Numbered from the stretch's first letter, positions 8,225-20,063 are shown. The stretch: DNA of 64,000 bases from an uncultured Oscillospiraceae bacterium (GCA_949297385.1 CASFSP010000038.1:1308-65307); one strand, 5' to 3'. Numbers and translations are program-made. The notes: generated by a model from the letters alone, not told the origin.

Positions 8225-11200
8225 TCAGTTGAAGTACCATGTGGGCAGCAGTTCAAGGCTGTCCAGCCACCGGCCGGGCACCGGGGTGCCGCTGATGGCC
8301 GGGAAATATATCACAAAGGCCGCCAGGGCCAGCAGGCAAAGGCCGCATAACGCCGCCAGTCCTTTTTTGCCACGGGGCAAAAGCAGTTTGTCCGCCGCAT
8401 ATCCCACCGCCAGTATACCGAAGACAACAGCCGGGAAATAATGATATATAAAACTTATCCTGCTCACCAGCGACCAGGGCAGCACAGACAGCAGATATCC
8501 GGCTGCCACCGGCAGAGCGGTAATATCCTTTCTGACAAGTCCGCTGACAGCAGTGTAAACAGCAGCCGCCGGCAAAAGCGGCCGCAGCACAATGTTGACA
8601 AAACATGATATGCTGGATGCAAGGCCGTCAAACCTGGAAACAGAATACCATACAGGCTTTATGTCAAAAAACCAGCTGTACCAGGGACTGGAAAAGAAAT
8701 GTTCCGCTTCCAGGTTGCTGTGATAACTGAACATGCTTATCTGCCTGATGATGAATTCCGCTGCCGTCCGTTTTATACCGCTGCTTTCAAACACAGGTAT
8801 GAAGGAGACAAAATATACTACGAAAGGCACAGCGACAAACATTATAAAGCACCGTGCACATATTTTTGCCCCGTATCTTATCCGGGCGGCGGTATCTTCC
8901 GACTGTTTTATCTGTCTGCATTTGCCGTACAGGGCAGCAAAAAAGAAGATTGCCAGCGCCAGGGCACTGTAAGCGCCGTTCCATTTTACCGCTATGGCAC
9001 AGCCCATAAACAGGCCGGAGAAAAACAGATAAACCAGCTGTTTTTCAATCCGCTCCCTCGGCCGGTCGGCAAACTTGGCCATAAACAAAAACATCAGCAT
9101 GATAAACAGCACAAGGAAAGTGTCCACAGTGGCTATACGGCTTTGGGTATAGTGCATAAAGTCAAAGGCCAGCAAAAATGCACAGGCAAAGGCCGCGAAA
9201 GGCTTTTTCAGCAGTTGTTTTGCCAGCAGATACATAACACCGACCATGGCAACGCCCCGCACCCCGCCGGCAAAACGCCAGCCGAAAGGAGTCATGCCGA
9301 ACAGGGCTATACCAATGCTTATCAGTATTTTGCCCAGGGGCGGATGTGTGTTTTCATAGGTTGGGTAACCTTTCAGCTGTTCATAAGCTGTGCGCCGGTG
9401 ATATATTTCATCAAAATACATGCTGTAATAATAATCATCACCGCCGGCAGGCATTGTATGGCTTTCGTCCAGCGCCAGATATGGGCTGTAATTGCGGTAT
9501 ATCAGGCTTTCGCCGGCCTCTATTACGCCTCTGATTATCTCGCCGTTGCTGTCGGTAAGTACCAGTTCCCCCAGCACCTGCCCGGGCCGGTTGGCCCTTA
9601 TCATCACGCAGTCGGTGTAAAAATCTGCTGCCTGTTTCTGCCAGGTGAAAACATACTCATGCTCCAGCGTGTTCTGAGCTACCCACAGACCGTTTTCGTC
9701 AGGTATAAGTATATCAAAATTACAGCCGGTTTTGACGCGTACATCCTCCCGAGGATACAGCCGGTCGCCCAAGCCGCTGTAAGAGTATATCCGTTTTACA
9801 TGCCGCGGCTGTTCAAAGCGTATTACAAACCATTCGCCTTCCTGCCGGCTCTGGTAAAATGTCTGCGGAGCCTGCAAGCTGCCGATACGCATAAATATCA
9901 GCAGGGCGCTGACAGCCATCAGCGCGCCTACGGCGCCGATTTCGGCATAATTTGTGACCTTTTCCGGCTCTTTTCTTTTTTCCATATTCCGGAAAGCCCA
10001 TATACCGGCAAAACATATCCGGCAGGTCAGCAGGCCCACCGTCACATACAGCCGGCGCGGCACATAAAAGCCTGCATACTGGCTTTGCATAGAGGCGGAA
10101 ATATTTATAAAGCAGGCTGTGGTACTGCCTATAAAAAGCCGCAGAAATTTTTTCTGCCCGCTGACGGCGTACATGACCATGGCCAGAAGCAGTGCCGGAA
10201 ACATATATCTTTCATGCATCATGGTGCAGAAAGAGAAAAATACGGTAATCAACACAAAGGCGCAGGCAAATATTTTTATTTTATCCTTTTTGGTAAAATA
10301 CAGCCAGGCACATAAGATCATACATGAGCCTATCACAGCAATATTTATCATTCCGCTGTCCGGAACACTGTCCAGGCTGCGCCAGTTCATGTCCAGCACG
10401 GCATACAGGTTGTATCCGTTTACGGTGAAATACCTGTATCCGTTGAAGGTATTTTTATACAGGTTTATCAGCCACAGCGGGCTGAGGGAAGAGGAAAAGG
10501 GCAGGGCCAGAAGCCACAGTGAAACCAGGCCCGTGCCCACTGTTTTGAAAAACAGCCTGAGGTTTTTGCTTTGCAATACATAAAAAAGCAACACCGGGCC
10601 GAACAGCAGTGCCTGAGGTTTTGTAAGCAGGGCAAGGGCATATACGACGCTGGCCGCAATATGTTTTTCTTCATATATTAAATACAGCGCCAGCACCACC
10701 AGCAGGGTGTACCAGCTGTCTATCTGTCCCCATACGGCGCTGTTGAATATAACAGCCGGAGAGAACAGGTACAATGCACAGCACATAAGGCCGAAGGAAG
10801 GAGAGCGTTTTTTCGCAACATTAAAAACCAGCCGTCCGCCGGCCAGATCCGCCAGCATGGGCACCAGTTTTATAAAATAAGTGGACAGGATACTGTCCGG
10901 TGAAATTCCCAGCAGGTTTTGCAACAGCTGAAAAAAGTACAGCACATACATGTACCCCGGTGGGTAGTCCAAAAAAATTCCGCTGTTGTACAGTCCGCCC
11001 AGGCCGTTTTGTACCGCCTGCTGTCCCCAGGCTTTGAAACAGCCTATATCAAACCAAAAGGCGTAGTCCTGCAAAGCCAGGAAACTGCGTACCGCAAAAG
11101 CTGCGGCCATTAAAAGCCACAGCGCCCGGCGGACATATTTGGGTGGTATGTCAACATCTTTAAAACAAAAAGCCAGCATGCCTGCCGCCAGTACAAACAG

Positions 11201-11227
11201 CGCGGCCGCCGCAAAATGAGCCGTCAT
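8225..11227 (-). CDS. 1000-aa polytopic membrane protein: two GT-C-type glycosyltransferase modules (N-terminal ALG/DUF2029-like, C-terminal PMT/GT39-like) joined by a soluble insert
   Basis: N-terminal half: LDYPPGYMYV, GQIDSWY, MHERYMFP. C-terminal half: YFDEIYHRRTAYE...THPPLGK, a PMT-type first loop. More than 20 hydrophobic helices. Confidence 0.65.
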   Translation of the reverse strand: MTAHFAAAALFVLAAGMLAFCFKDVDIPPKYVRRALWLLMAAAFAVRSFLALQDYAFWFDIGCFKAWGQQAVQNGLGGLYNSGIFLDYPPGYMYVLYFFQLLQNLLGISPDSILSTYFIKLVPMLADLAGGRLVFNVAKKRSPSFGLMCCALYLFSPAVIFNSAVWGQIDSWYTLLVVLALYLIYEEKHIAASVVYALALLTKPQALLFGPVLLFYVLQSKNLRLFFKTVGTGLVSLWLLALPFSSSLSPLWLINLYKNTFNGYRYFTVNGYNLYAVLDMNWRSLDSVPDSGMINIAVIGSCMILCAWLYFTKKDKIKIFACAFVLITVFFSFCTMMHERYMFPALLLAMVMYAVSGQKKFLRLFIGSTTACFINISASMQSQYAGFYVPRRLYVTVGLLTCRICFAGIWAFRNMEKRKEPEKVTNYAEIGAVGALMAVSALLIFMRIGSLQAPQTFYQSRQEGEWFVIRFEQPRHVKRIYSYSGLGDRLYPREDVRVKTGCNFDILIPDENGLWVAQNTLEHEYVFTWQKQAADFYTDCVMIRANRPGQVLGELVLTDSNGEIIRGVIEAGESLIYRNYSPYLALDESHTMPAGGDDYYYSMYFDEIYHRRTAYEQLKGYPTYENTHPPLGKILISIGIALFGMTPFGWRFAGGVRGVAMVGVMYLLAKQLLKKPFAAFACAFLLAFDFMHYTQSRIATVDTFLVLFIMLMFLFMAKFADRPRERIEKQLVYLFFSGLFMGCAIAVKWNGAYSALALAIFFFAALYGKCRQIKQSEDTAARIRYGAKICARCFIMFVAVPFVVYFVSFIPVFESSGIKRTAAEFIIRQISMFSYHSNLEAEHFFSSPWYSWFFDIKPVWYSVSRFDGLASSISCFVNIVLRPLLPAAAVYTAVSGLVRKDITALPVAAGYLLSVLPWSLVSRISFIYHYFPAVVFGILAVGYAADKLLLPRGKKGLAALCGLCLLALAAFVIYFPAISGTPVPGRWLDSLELLPTWYFN

Positions 11228-11358
11228 ATTTACTCCTTATTACAGATGGCAATATGCAAAGATTATACCATATAACCGTATGTAAATAAAGCGCGGTTAT
11301 TGATTTTCCCCTTTTTTATTGTTAAAATGTATAACACAATATTTATAATGAGGTAAAT

Positions 11359-12870
11359 ATGAATTTCAATTCTGTTGAATATATGATTTTTCTGCCGCTG
11401 GCGGCGGGGCTGTATTTTCTGATGCCCAAAAAGTTTAAAAATATATATCTTCTGGCTGTCAGCTACTATTTTTATTTTTGCAGCGAGGCCAGGTTCTTTC
11501 TGCTACTTCCTGCCCTTACGCTGATAACCTACGCTTTCGGGCGAGGCATTGAAAATGCCCGGGGCAAAAAAAGAGGCCGGCTGTTTGCCGGCGCCCTGGC
11601 GGCCAACCTGCTGACACTGATATTTTTCAAATACAACCGCTTTTTCCTCTCCCGGCTGGAAAACCTTACCGGCACAGAATTTGACCTGACCGGCTGGATG
11701 CTGCCGGTGGGCATGTCCTTTTATGTGTTTATGGCGGTAAGCTATCTGGCGGATGTTTACCTGAAAAAATATCCGGCGGAAAAAAGCCCGGTGAAATTTG
11801 CCCTTTACATTTCCTTTTTCCCCCACATACTCAGCGGCCCTATCGACCGCGCGGACAAGTTCCTGCCCCAGCTGGACAAGGAACACCGCTTTGACTATGA
11901 CAGGACAAGGCGCGCTTTACAGCTGATGGCTTTGGGTTTTTTCAAAAAAATTGCCGTGGCCGATGTGCTGGCCATGTCCATAAACCGGGTGCACAACGAT
12001 TTGTATTCTTACAGCGGCCTGATACTGGTTTTCACCGCTTTTATGTACTCATTCCAGCTGTACGCGGACTTTTCCGGTTACAGCGACATCGCCCGCGCCT
12101 GCGCCATGATACTGGACTTTGACATTGCGGAAAACTTTAATGTGCCATATCTTGCCACCAGTTTTTCCGCCTTCTGGCAGCGCTGGCATATATCCCTGTC
12201 CTCATGGTTTCAGGATTATATCTTCACCCCCTTTGTGTGGACCAACCCGCTGAAAAAACTGCCGGTCGTGGGCAAAAAGCTGGAAAAACCGCCGGTACTG
12301 CCGGCCATCGCCCTGGTGTTTATAACCAGCGGAATATGGCATGGCAACACCTGGAATTTTGTGATATGGGGCGCCTTCCACGCGGTGTACCGCATTGGAG
12401 AAGACCTGATGAGGAAGTATTACAAAAAACCGGACAAGCACCCGAAGCCGGCCAAATTCTGGGGCAAGGTGGCCTGGGTGTTTTCACTGGTTACATTCAG
12501 CCAGATATTTTTCCGCTGCAAGGACATACCCTCGGCGCTGTACTATATACGCAATCTTTTCACCGATTTAAGCCCCTCCGGCCTGGCCCGGGGAATATAC
12601 AACAGCGTCAAGGCCGGCTTTGACGCCACACCGATACTGATATACGGCTACCTGGCGTTCTGCCTTGCCGGACTGGCGGTGCTGATTGCAATGGACCTGT
12701 ACAGGCATTTTGTGCTGAAAGGCAAATGTCTGACAGGCGCCTTTGACAGAATGAGCAAGGCGCAGAGATGGCTGTGCTATTATGCGCTGATAGCATTTAT
12801 AATGGCCGGATTTATAATGAACAACGGCGGATACGGCGCTTCGGCCAGCTTTATATACAATAATTTTTAA
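11359..12870 (+). CDS. MBOAT family O-acyltransferase (AlgI/DltB-like)
   Basis: MNFNSVEYMIFLPL... N-terminus, WHISLSSWFQDYIFTPF, and the conserved His in SGIWHG. Confidence 0.85.
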   Translation: MNFNSVEYMIFLPLAAGLYFLMPKKFKNIYLLAVSYYFYFCSEARFFLLLPALTLITYAFGRGIENARGKKRGRLFAGALAANLLTLIFFKYNRFFLSRLENLTGTEFDLTGWMLPVGMSFYVFMAVSYLADVYLKKYPAEKSPVKFALYISFFPHILSGPIDRADKFLPQLDKEHRFDYDRTRRALQLMALGFFKKIAVADVLAMSINRVHNDLYSYSGLILVFTAFMYSFQLYADFSGYSDIARACAMILDFDIAENFNVPYLATSFSAFWQRWHISLSSWFQDYIFTPFVWTNPLKKLPVVGKKLEKPPVLPAIALVFITSGIWHGNTWNFVIWGAFHAVYRIGEDLMRKYYKKPDKHPKPAKFWGKVAWVFSLVTFSQIFFRCKDIPSALYYIRNLFTDLSPSGLARGIYNSVKAGFDATPILIYGYLAFCLAGLAVLIAMDLYRHFVLKGKCLTGAFDRMSKAQRWLCYYALIAFIMAGFIMNNGGYGASASFIYNNF

Positions 12871-12958
12871 AGTTTGGTGTAAAAAGAGGATAATTATTGT
12901 TTTTTAAATTAAAGACTGATATAATTAAATGGTTAATTACAACCATCCGGAGGAGAAA

Positions 12959-13576
12959 ATGTTAGAAACTTTGGCAAGCTACCTGCCTTATATAATGATA
13001 CTGGCATGTATATTCATGTTTTTGTATTATATGGGCGGGGACGATATTATATTTTTCAGAAGAAAGAAATACGCAGTTGACCCCAATGCACAGAAATCAC
13101 TGATGGGCGCTGTGAACAAATTTGCCCGCATGAGGGATTTTACCGTTATGGGGCCCACCACACTGGAATTTGACGGACAAATCTATTCCTTTGATGCCAT
13201 ACTGCTGAGCTATTTTGGCACCGTTGCATTTAAAACCGTGCCATTTGCCGGAGATGTGTACGGTGACGCCGACAAGGACGAATGGGTACGGATATTTGAA
13301 GGCGAGCGCAAAAACTTTGCAAACCCTGTAAAGGCTTCCAGCGGAAGCGTGCGTCTTTTCCGTGACATCTACCGCCGGGAAAAGGTTAAAGGCGGTCTGA
13401 GCGAAACAATGGTGGTATTCACCAACCGCGACGCCAATGTGGCCGTATCCGGCAGACTGCCCGTATGCCATGTGAGCGACCTGAACACAAAGCTGACAGG
13501 CGCAAAGTTTTTGGCTGACAACAACGCCGACATTCCCGCAATGAAACGGGCGCTGGAAAAATATATAAAACGGTAA
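12959..13576 (+). CDS. Membrane-anchored NERD-domain-like protein
   Basis: RBS GGAGGAG before ATG 12959 (the track start 12929 has no RBS). One N-terminal TM helix. Pattern SFDAILLSYFGTVAFKT...W...NP...VVF resembles NERD. Confidence 0.5.
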   Translation: MLETLASYLPYIMILACIFMFLYYMGGDDIIFFRRKKYAVDPNAQKSLMGAVNKFARMRDFTVMGPTTLEFDGQIYSFDAILLSYFGTVAFKTVPFAGDVYGDADKDEWVRIFEGERKNFANPVKASSGSVRLFRDIYRREKVKGGLSETMVVFTNRDANVAVSGRLPVCHVSDLNTKLTGAKFLADNNADIPAMKRALEKYIKR

Positions 13577-13639
13577 GACTGCACCCCGCGGCCGATTATT
13601 TTTCATCCGGCAGCTTGGCAACATAACAAACTGTTTTAA

Positions 13640-13667
13640 GTGAAGGCAATCCGCCTTCACTTTTTTT
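13640..13667 (+). terminator. Rho-independent terminator
   Basis: Stem GTGAAGGC/GCCTTCAC followed by TTTTTTT. Confidence 0.8.
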
Positions 13668-13949
13668 GTGCAAAAATCAAAGCAATATAATATTCCGGAT
13701 TATCCCAATGTTTTGTCACAGCGATGACGCATAGACTGTAAATTTAAGTCTGTCAGCATATACGGCAGGCGGCTGAACAAAAACGGAGTTTATACAAAAA
13801 GGCATTAGGGACTATAAATATTAAAAATATGCCCGTTTTATTTCTGCTCTGCTTACACACCGCCACACCGGGACAAAATGCTGTTGTACGGCAGATTATA
13901 CCTTGCCGCAGCTTACATAATCTCAGTTGCACAAAATCATATATTGATA

Positions 13950-13978
13950 TAAAAAAGAGAGGCCGCGGCCTCTCCTTT
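13950..13978 (-). terminator. Rho-independent terminator of hemW
   Basis: Palindrome GAGAGGCCG/CGGCCTCTC abuts the stop codon. A T-run follows on the minus strand. Confidence 0.8.
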
Positions 13979-15067
13979 TTATATGTCATACAGATCGCTC
14001 ATTATATCCCGGGCTATTGTGTTTTCAGCCAGGAAACCTTTGGGAGTCAGTTTTATATTGTCACCGTCAAAGGTAAGAAAATCGTTTTCCCGGTAAACTT
14101 TCAGCTTTGCGGTGGTGTGAGCGCCTATTTTCAAGCCCCATTTTTCGGCCAGCTGTCTGACTGACAGGCCGCTGGCCAAGCGCAGTGACAGCATTATATA
14201 TTCATCGGCATCGGTCTTGCCGTCCTCTTGTGTCTGCGGCCGGCTTAAAAAAGCTGCCAGGTCACGGGGATAATGAAATCTCTGCCCGTTTATACAGGAA
14301 TGGGCGCCGGGACCTATGCCCAGATAATCTTCCAGCTGCCAGTATATCATATTATGACGGCTGTACCGGCCGTCTTTGGCAAAATTTGATATTTCATACT
14401 GGTGATAACCCTCTTTTTCCAGCTTTTCCCGGGCCATAAGATAAAAATCTGCCAGCTGTTCTTCGTCTGACAGGTGGGCCGGAGGGTTTATATAAAAATC
14501 AGTGCCTTTTTCTATTTTCAGCATATAGGCGGATATGTGCACAGCCCCCCGGTCTTTCAGAAAATCTATGGTATCCAGCATTTCCCGGGCGGTGTAGTTG
14601 TCCAGGCCTATCATCAAATCTCCGCTGATGTTGTCAAAACCGGCTTTTTTTGCCCGGCGGAAAGCGTCGGCGGCTCCTGCGGCGGTGTGCAGTCTGCCCA
14701 GGCTGTGTAAAGATTTGTCATAGGCGCTTTGCACACCTATGGACAGCCTGTTCACCCCGGCGCGCCTGTAACCGGCCCGCTTTTCGTATGTAAGGCTTTC
14801 CGGGTTGGCCTCCATGGTTATCTCCGCACCGGGCAGAATATTCAGGCAGGACAATATTTCTTCCGCCTGATTAGCAGTCAGCAGACTGGGAGTGCCACCG
14901 CCAAAGTAAACGGTCTTACATTCCAGGTCAGGCCAGCGGGATATCTCCCTTTTCACCGCCTGTATATATTCCCGGGGCACCTCCTGCCGGCCACCCATGG
15001 AATAAAAGTCACAGTAGCGGCATTTTTGTCTGCAAAAGGGTATATGTATATACAGTCCGGCTTTCAT
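13979..15067 (-). CDS. hemW: Radical SAM heme chaperone HemW (HemN-like)
   Basis: LYIHIPFCRQKCRYCDF is the CxxxCxxC radical SAM motif. ATG 15067 is preceded by AGAGG. The track uses GTG 15073. Confidence 0.85.
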   Translation of the reverse strand: MKAGLYIHIPFCRQKCRYCDFYSMGGRQEVPREYIQAVKREISRWPDLECKTVYFGGGTPSLLTANQAEEILSCLNILPGAEITMEANPESLTYEKRAGYRRAGVNRLSIGVQSAYDKSLHSLGRLHTAAGAADAFRRAKKAGFDNISGDLMIGLDNYTAREMLDTIDFLKDRGAVHISAYMLKIEKGTDFYINPPAHLSDEEQLADFYLMAREKLEKEGYHQYEISNFAKDGRYSRHNMIYWQLEDYLGIGPGAHSCINGQRFHYPRDLAAFLSRPQTQEDGKTDADEYIMLSLRLASGLSVRQLAEKWGLKIGAHTTAKLKVYRENDFLTFDGDNIKLTPKGFLAENTIARDIMSDLYDI

Positions 15068-15177
15068 CCTCACACCTCTTTATAAATAATGATGGTTATT
15101 TTATACATTATATATCGCTAGGCTTTTTTATTCAACCAAAACAAAATGTAAAAAGTTTGTGAATTACAAAAAAACAA

Positions 15178-15237
15178 TTGACAAAGATTAAAAAATGTAT
15201 ATAATATAAATTAGCAATCAAACATTAAGACTGCTAA
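15178..15237 (+). promoter_or_regulatory. hrcA operon promoter with CIRCE operator
   Basis: -35 TTGACA at 15178-15183, -10 TATAAT at 15200-15205. CIRCE-like TTAGCAATC-N9-GACTGCTAA at 15211-15237 (consensus TTAGCACTC-N9-GAGTGCTAA). Confidence 0.8.
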
Positions 15238-15259
15238 TTTCTTGAAAGGACTGAGATTC

Positions 15260-16285
15260 ATGGACATAAACCAAAGGCACAAACTGATTTTGGACGCCAT
15301 TGTTTCCATGTATATAAAGGATCAGGAACCCATAGCGTCTCAGGCTTTGCAAGACGCTTTGAACATATCGGTTTCTTCGGCCACACTGCGCAACGAGATG
15401 GCCAGACTGACAAAGCTGGGGTATCTCAACCAGCCCCATGTATCAGCGGGCAGGGTGCCAACCAACAAGGCCTACAGATATTATGTGGAAAATCTGGACA
15501 GGACAAAGCAGATTTCGCCGGCTGACCAGAAAAATATCAAGGAACATTTTGATATCCTGGACGGCGACAGCCAGAAGTTTCTGGCAGGTGCGGCAAAACT
15601 GTTCAGCGACATATTGGGATATACGGTGATAATAGCACCGCCCACAGACCCGGAGATGCAGTTTGTCAACTTTACCGCCGTAAAAACCGGCAGGTACAGC
15701 ATTGTGCTGGTGGCAACCACCGGTCGCGGCGAAGTACACACCAGGGTGGTAAGGCTGAGCGAAGAGATAAGCACAACACAGTTAAACCAGCTGGTAAGCC
15801 TTATAAATTCCAGACTGTGCTTTATCTGCTATGACGATGTGGACAGGGCATATTTCACCCACCTTATAGAAAACCTGGAACAGGAAAACAAAGCTTTCGG
15901 GCAGTTTTTGCAGGGTGCGCTGGCGCTGATGTCCGAAGCAAACAAAAGATCGGTATATGTGTACGGGCAGGAAAAACTGCTGAACACCAACCATTTTGAC
16001 CATAATATCGGGGATGTGCTGAAACTGCTGGCGGACACCGACACACTTTCAAAGATAATCACCCCGAAATATGACGGAATATCGGTGGTATTCGGCGATG
16101 AATTGCCCATTAAAAATATAGAAAACACCTGTTTTATATCCACCAGGTATTTTGCAGGCAGCGCGGTCAGCGGAACGCTGGCTATCGTGTGTCCGCAGAC
16201 AGTGGATTATCAAAGGCTGTTTTTGGCCGTGGAATATTTTGCACGGCTGCTGACACAGTCAATAACAGGCACTGAAAGGAAGTAA
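15260..16285 (+). CDS. hrcA: Heat-inducible transcription repressor HrcA
   Basis: MDINQRHKLILDAIVSMYIKDQEPIASQAL...RNEMARLTKLGYLNQPHVSAGRVPT. Confidence 0.93.
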   Translation: MDINQRHKLILDAIVSMYIKDQEPIASQALQDALNISVSSATLRNEMARLTKLGYLNQPHVSAGRVPTNKAYRYYVENLDRTKQISPADQKNIKEHFDILDGDSQKFLAGAAKLFSDILGYTVIIAPPTDPEMQFVNFTAVKTGRYSIVLVATTGRGEVHTRVVRLSEEISTTQLNQLVSLINSRLCFICYDDVDRAYFTHLIENLEQENKAFGQFLQGALALMSEANKRSVYVYGQEKLLNTNHFDHNIGDVLKLLADTDTLSKIITPKYDGISVVFGDELPIKNIENTCFISTRYFAGSAVSGTLAIVCPQTVDYQRLFLAVEYFARLLTQSITGTERK

Positions 16286-16287
16286 CC

Positions 16288-16848
16288 ATGGAAAACAAAG
16301 AAAAACAGACGGACGAAACTTTGCAGCAGACAGCTGATATTCCGGACAGCTCCGAAAGCGCACAGCAGCCGGACGGCCGGGATTTACAGGAGCAGCTGGA
16401 ACAAAGCCGGCTGCGGCTGGAAGCGGCGCAAAAGGAAAAGGATGAAGCCAAAGAGCTGTTACAGCGTACACTGGCCGAATATGACAATTTCCGCAAGCGC
16501 AGCGCCAAAGAAAAGGCCGAGTCCTTTTCCAACGGCTGTATCAGCGCGGTAAACCGGATATTGCCGGTTATCGATACACTGGAAATGGCACTGGGCGCAC
16601 CGTGCAGTGATGAAAATTATAAAAAGGGCATAGAGATGACCCTTGCCGCCGCACAGAATGCGCTGAAAAATCTGGGCGTCGAAGTTATCGAAGCCATGGG
16701 CAAACCCTTTGACCCCACTGTTCACAACGCGGTTATGCAGGAAAGCGTTGAAGGCACAGAGGCGGGCATAGTCACCAAAGAACTGCAAAAGGGATACAGA
16801 CTGGCCGACAAGGTCATACGCCACAGCACAGTGGCAGTAAGTTGCTAA
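16288..16848 (+). CDS. grpE: Nucleotide exchange factor GrpE
   Basis: Position in the operon. Coiled-coil N-terminus plus a ...EYDNFRKR... core. Confidence 0.93.
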   Translation: MENKEKQTDETLQQTADIPDSSESAQQPDGRDLQEQLEQSRLRLEAAQKEKDEAKELLQRTLAEYDNFRKRSAKEKAESFSNGCISAVNRILPVIDTLEMALGAPCSDENYKKGIEMTLAAAQNALKNLGVEVIEAMGKPFDPTVHNAVMQESVEGTEAGIVTKELQKGYRLADKVIRHSTVAVSC

Positions 16849-16908
16849 AAAGCGGTTTTGCTTTTTATATATAGTCAGTTAAAAATCACATTTATATATC
16901 ACAGGTAA

Positions 16909-18753
<1,845 letters not shown>

Positions 18754-18765
18754 TAACATGTTTAC

Positions 18766-18790
18766 AAGGCGGATGTAACAATCCGCCTTT
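18766..18790 (+). terminator. Weak intra-operon hairpin between dnaK and dnaJ
   Basis: Stem AAGGCGGAT/ATCCGCCTT with only a short T-run, so probably a partial terminator or processing site. Confidence 0.35.
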
Positions 18791-18859
18791 AAGCGTAAAA
18801 AAGGCGATGCCGCACCGTGACGGCGGCGGCAAATTTTACACAGATGAGGGCTTGAAAAA

Positions 18860-20020
18860 GTGGCAGAAAAAAGAGATTATTACGAAGTTCTGGGGGTTGA
18901 CAAAAAGGCCACAGACGCTGAGATAAAATCTGCTTACCGCAAAAAAGCAAAAAAATATCACCCTGACCTGAACCCCGGCGACGCCGAGGCAGAGCAGAAG
19001 TTCAAAGAGGTAAACGAAGCATACGAAGTTTTGTCCGACCCGGAGAAAAAACAGCGCTATGATGCTTACGGCCATGCGGGCGTAGACCCCAACTATGGCG
19101 CCGGCGGCGGATTTGGCGGTTTCAGCGGCGGTTTCGGCGGCGCCGGTATGGACCTGAACGATATATTTGAAAGCTTTTTCGGCGGAGCAGGCGGTTTTGG
19201 CGGCGGCGGACGCAGGAACGACCCCAACGCACCCAGACGCGGCGGCGATATACATGTGGGCATAACCATTTCCTTTATGGAAGCGGCACTGGGATGCACA
19301 AAAACCGTATCATACACCAGGCAGGAAACCTGCCCGGACTGCGGCGGCTCCGGCGCGAAAAAAGGCACCGGCGTACAGACCTGTCCGGACTGCGGCGGCT
19401 CCGGCTATATAACACAGCAGCAGAGAACACCTTTCGGCGTTATACAAAACCGCAGGGTCTGTCCTCATTGCGGCGGTAAAGGCAAAATTGTCAGCGACCC
19501 GTGTCAGAAATGCAAAGGCAGCGGCAGAGTGCAGGTTACCGTCAAGAAAGAGGTCAACATTCCGGCCGGTATCGACGACGAACAGAGCCTGGCTTTGCGC
19601 GGACAGGGCGATGCGGGCATAAACGGCGGCGCAGCCGGCGATGCAATCATCGTTATAACCGTAAGGCCTGACCCGATTTTGTCCAGGAACGGCTATGATG
19701 TATTTGTAAATGTACCCATTACTTATTCCCAGGCTGTACTGGGCGCCGAAATAGTGGTTCCCACCATCGACGGCAAAGTACAGTACACTGTACCGGAAGG
19801 CACCCAGAGCGGAACCAGGTTCCGTCTGCGCGGCAAGGGTATAAAATACCTCAACGGACGCGGCAGGGGCGATGAGTATGTAACGGTAAATGTGGAAATA
19901 CCCAAAAAGCTGACCAGGGAACAGCGCAAAGCGCTGGAAAGCTTTGAAGCTACGCTGAGGGACGACAACTACGAACAGCGCAAAGGTTTTTTCAAAACAA
20001 TAAAAGATTTGTTTGATTAA
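18860..20020 (+). CDS. dnaJ: Co-chaperone DnaJ
   Basis: GTG start. J domain YYEVLGV...KKYHPD, a G/F-rich linker, and four CxxCxGxG zinc motifs. Confidence 0.97.
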   Translation: MAEKRDYYEVLGVDKKATDAEIKSAYRKKAKKYHPDLNPGDAEAEQKFKEVNEAYEVLSDPEKKQRYDAYGHAGVDPNYGAGGGFGGFSGGFGGAGMDLNDIFESFFGGAGGFGGGGRRNDPNAPRRGGDIHVGITISFMEAALGCTKTVSYTRQETCPDCGGSGAKKGTGVQTCPDCGGSGYITQQQRTPFGVIQNRRVCPHCGGKGKIVSDPCQKCKGSGRVQVTVKKEVNIPAGIDDEQSLALRGQGDAGINGGAAGDAIIVITVRPDPILSRNGYDVFVNVPITYSQAVLGAEIVVPTIDGKVQYTVPEGTQSGTRFRLRGKGIKYLNGRGRGDEYVTVNVEIPKKLTREQRKALESFEATLRDDNYEQRKGFFKTIKDLFD

Positions 20021-20028
20021 AATAAAGA

Positions 20029-20057
20029 CAGAGGCTTTGAACGGCCTCTGTTTTTTT
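20029..20057 (+). terminator. Rho-independent terminator of the dnaK operon
   Basis: Stem CAGAGGC/GCCTCTG followed by TTTTTTT. Confidence 0.8.
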
Positions 20058-20063
20058 GATACG

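Noticed and set aside
8699-10315. A 538-aa ORF on the plus strand opposite the 1000-aa membrane protein. Many other long antisense ORFs occur too, e.g. 6937-7938, 18025-18759, 32995-34164, 45729-46646 and 57392-58036.
   Set aside because: In each of the six cases I checked (6937 vs 6025, 8699 vs 8225, 18025 vs 16921, 23369 vs 23492 and 24179, 32995 vs 32917, 45729 vs 44523), the antisense ORF shares codon boundaries with the real gene: offsets are multiples of 3. Antisense stops then arise only from sense TTA/CTA/TCA codons, which this genome evidently avoids. The translated products are low-complexity (H/Q/F/Y/C-rich), lack RBSs and resemble no family.
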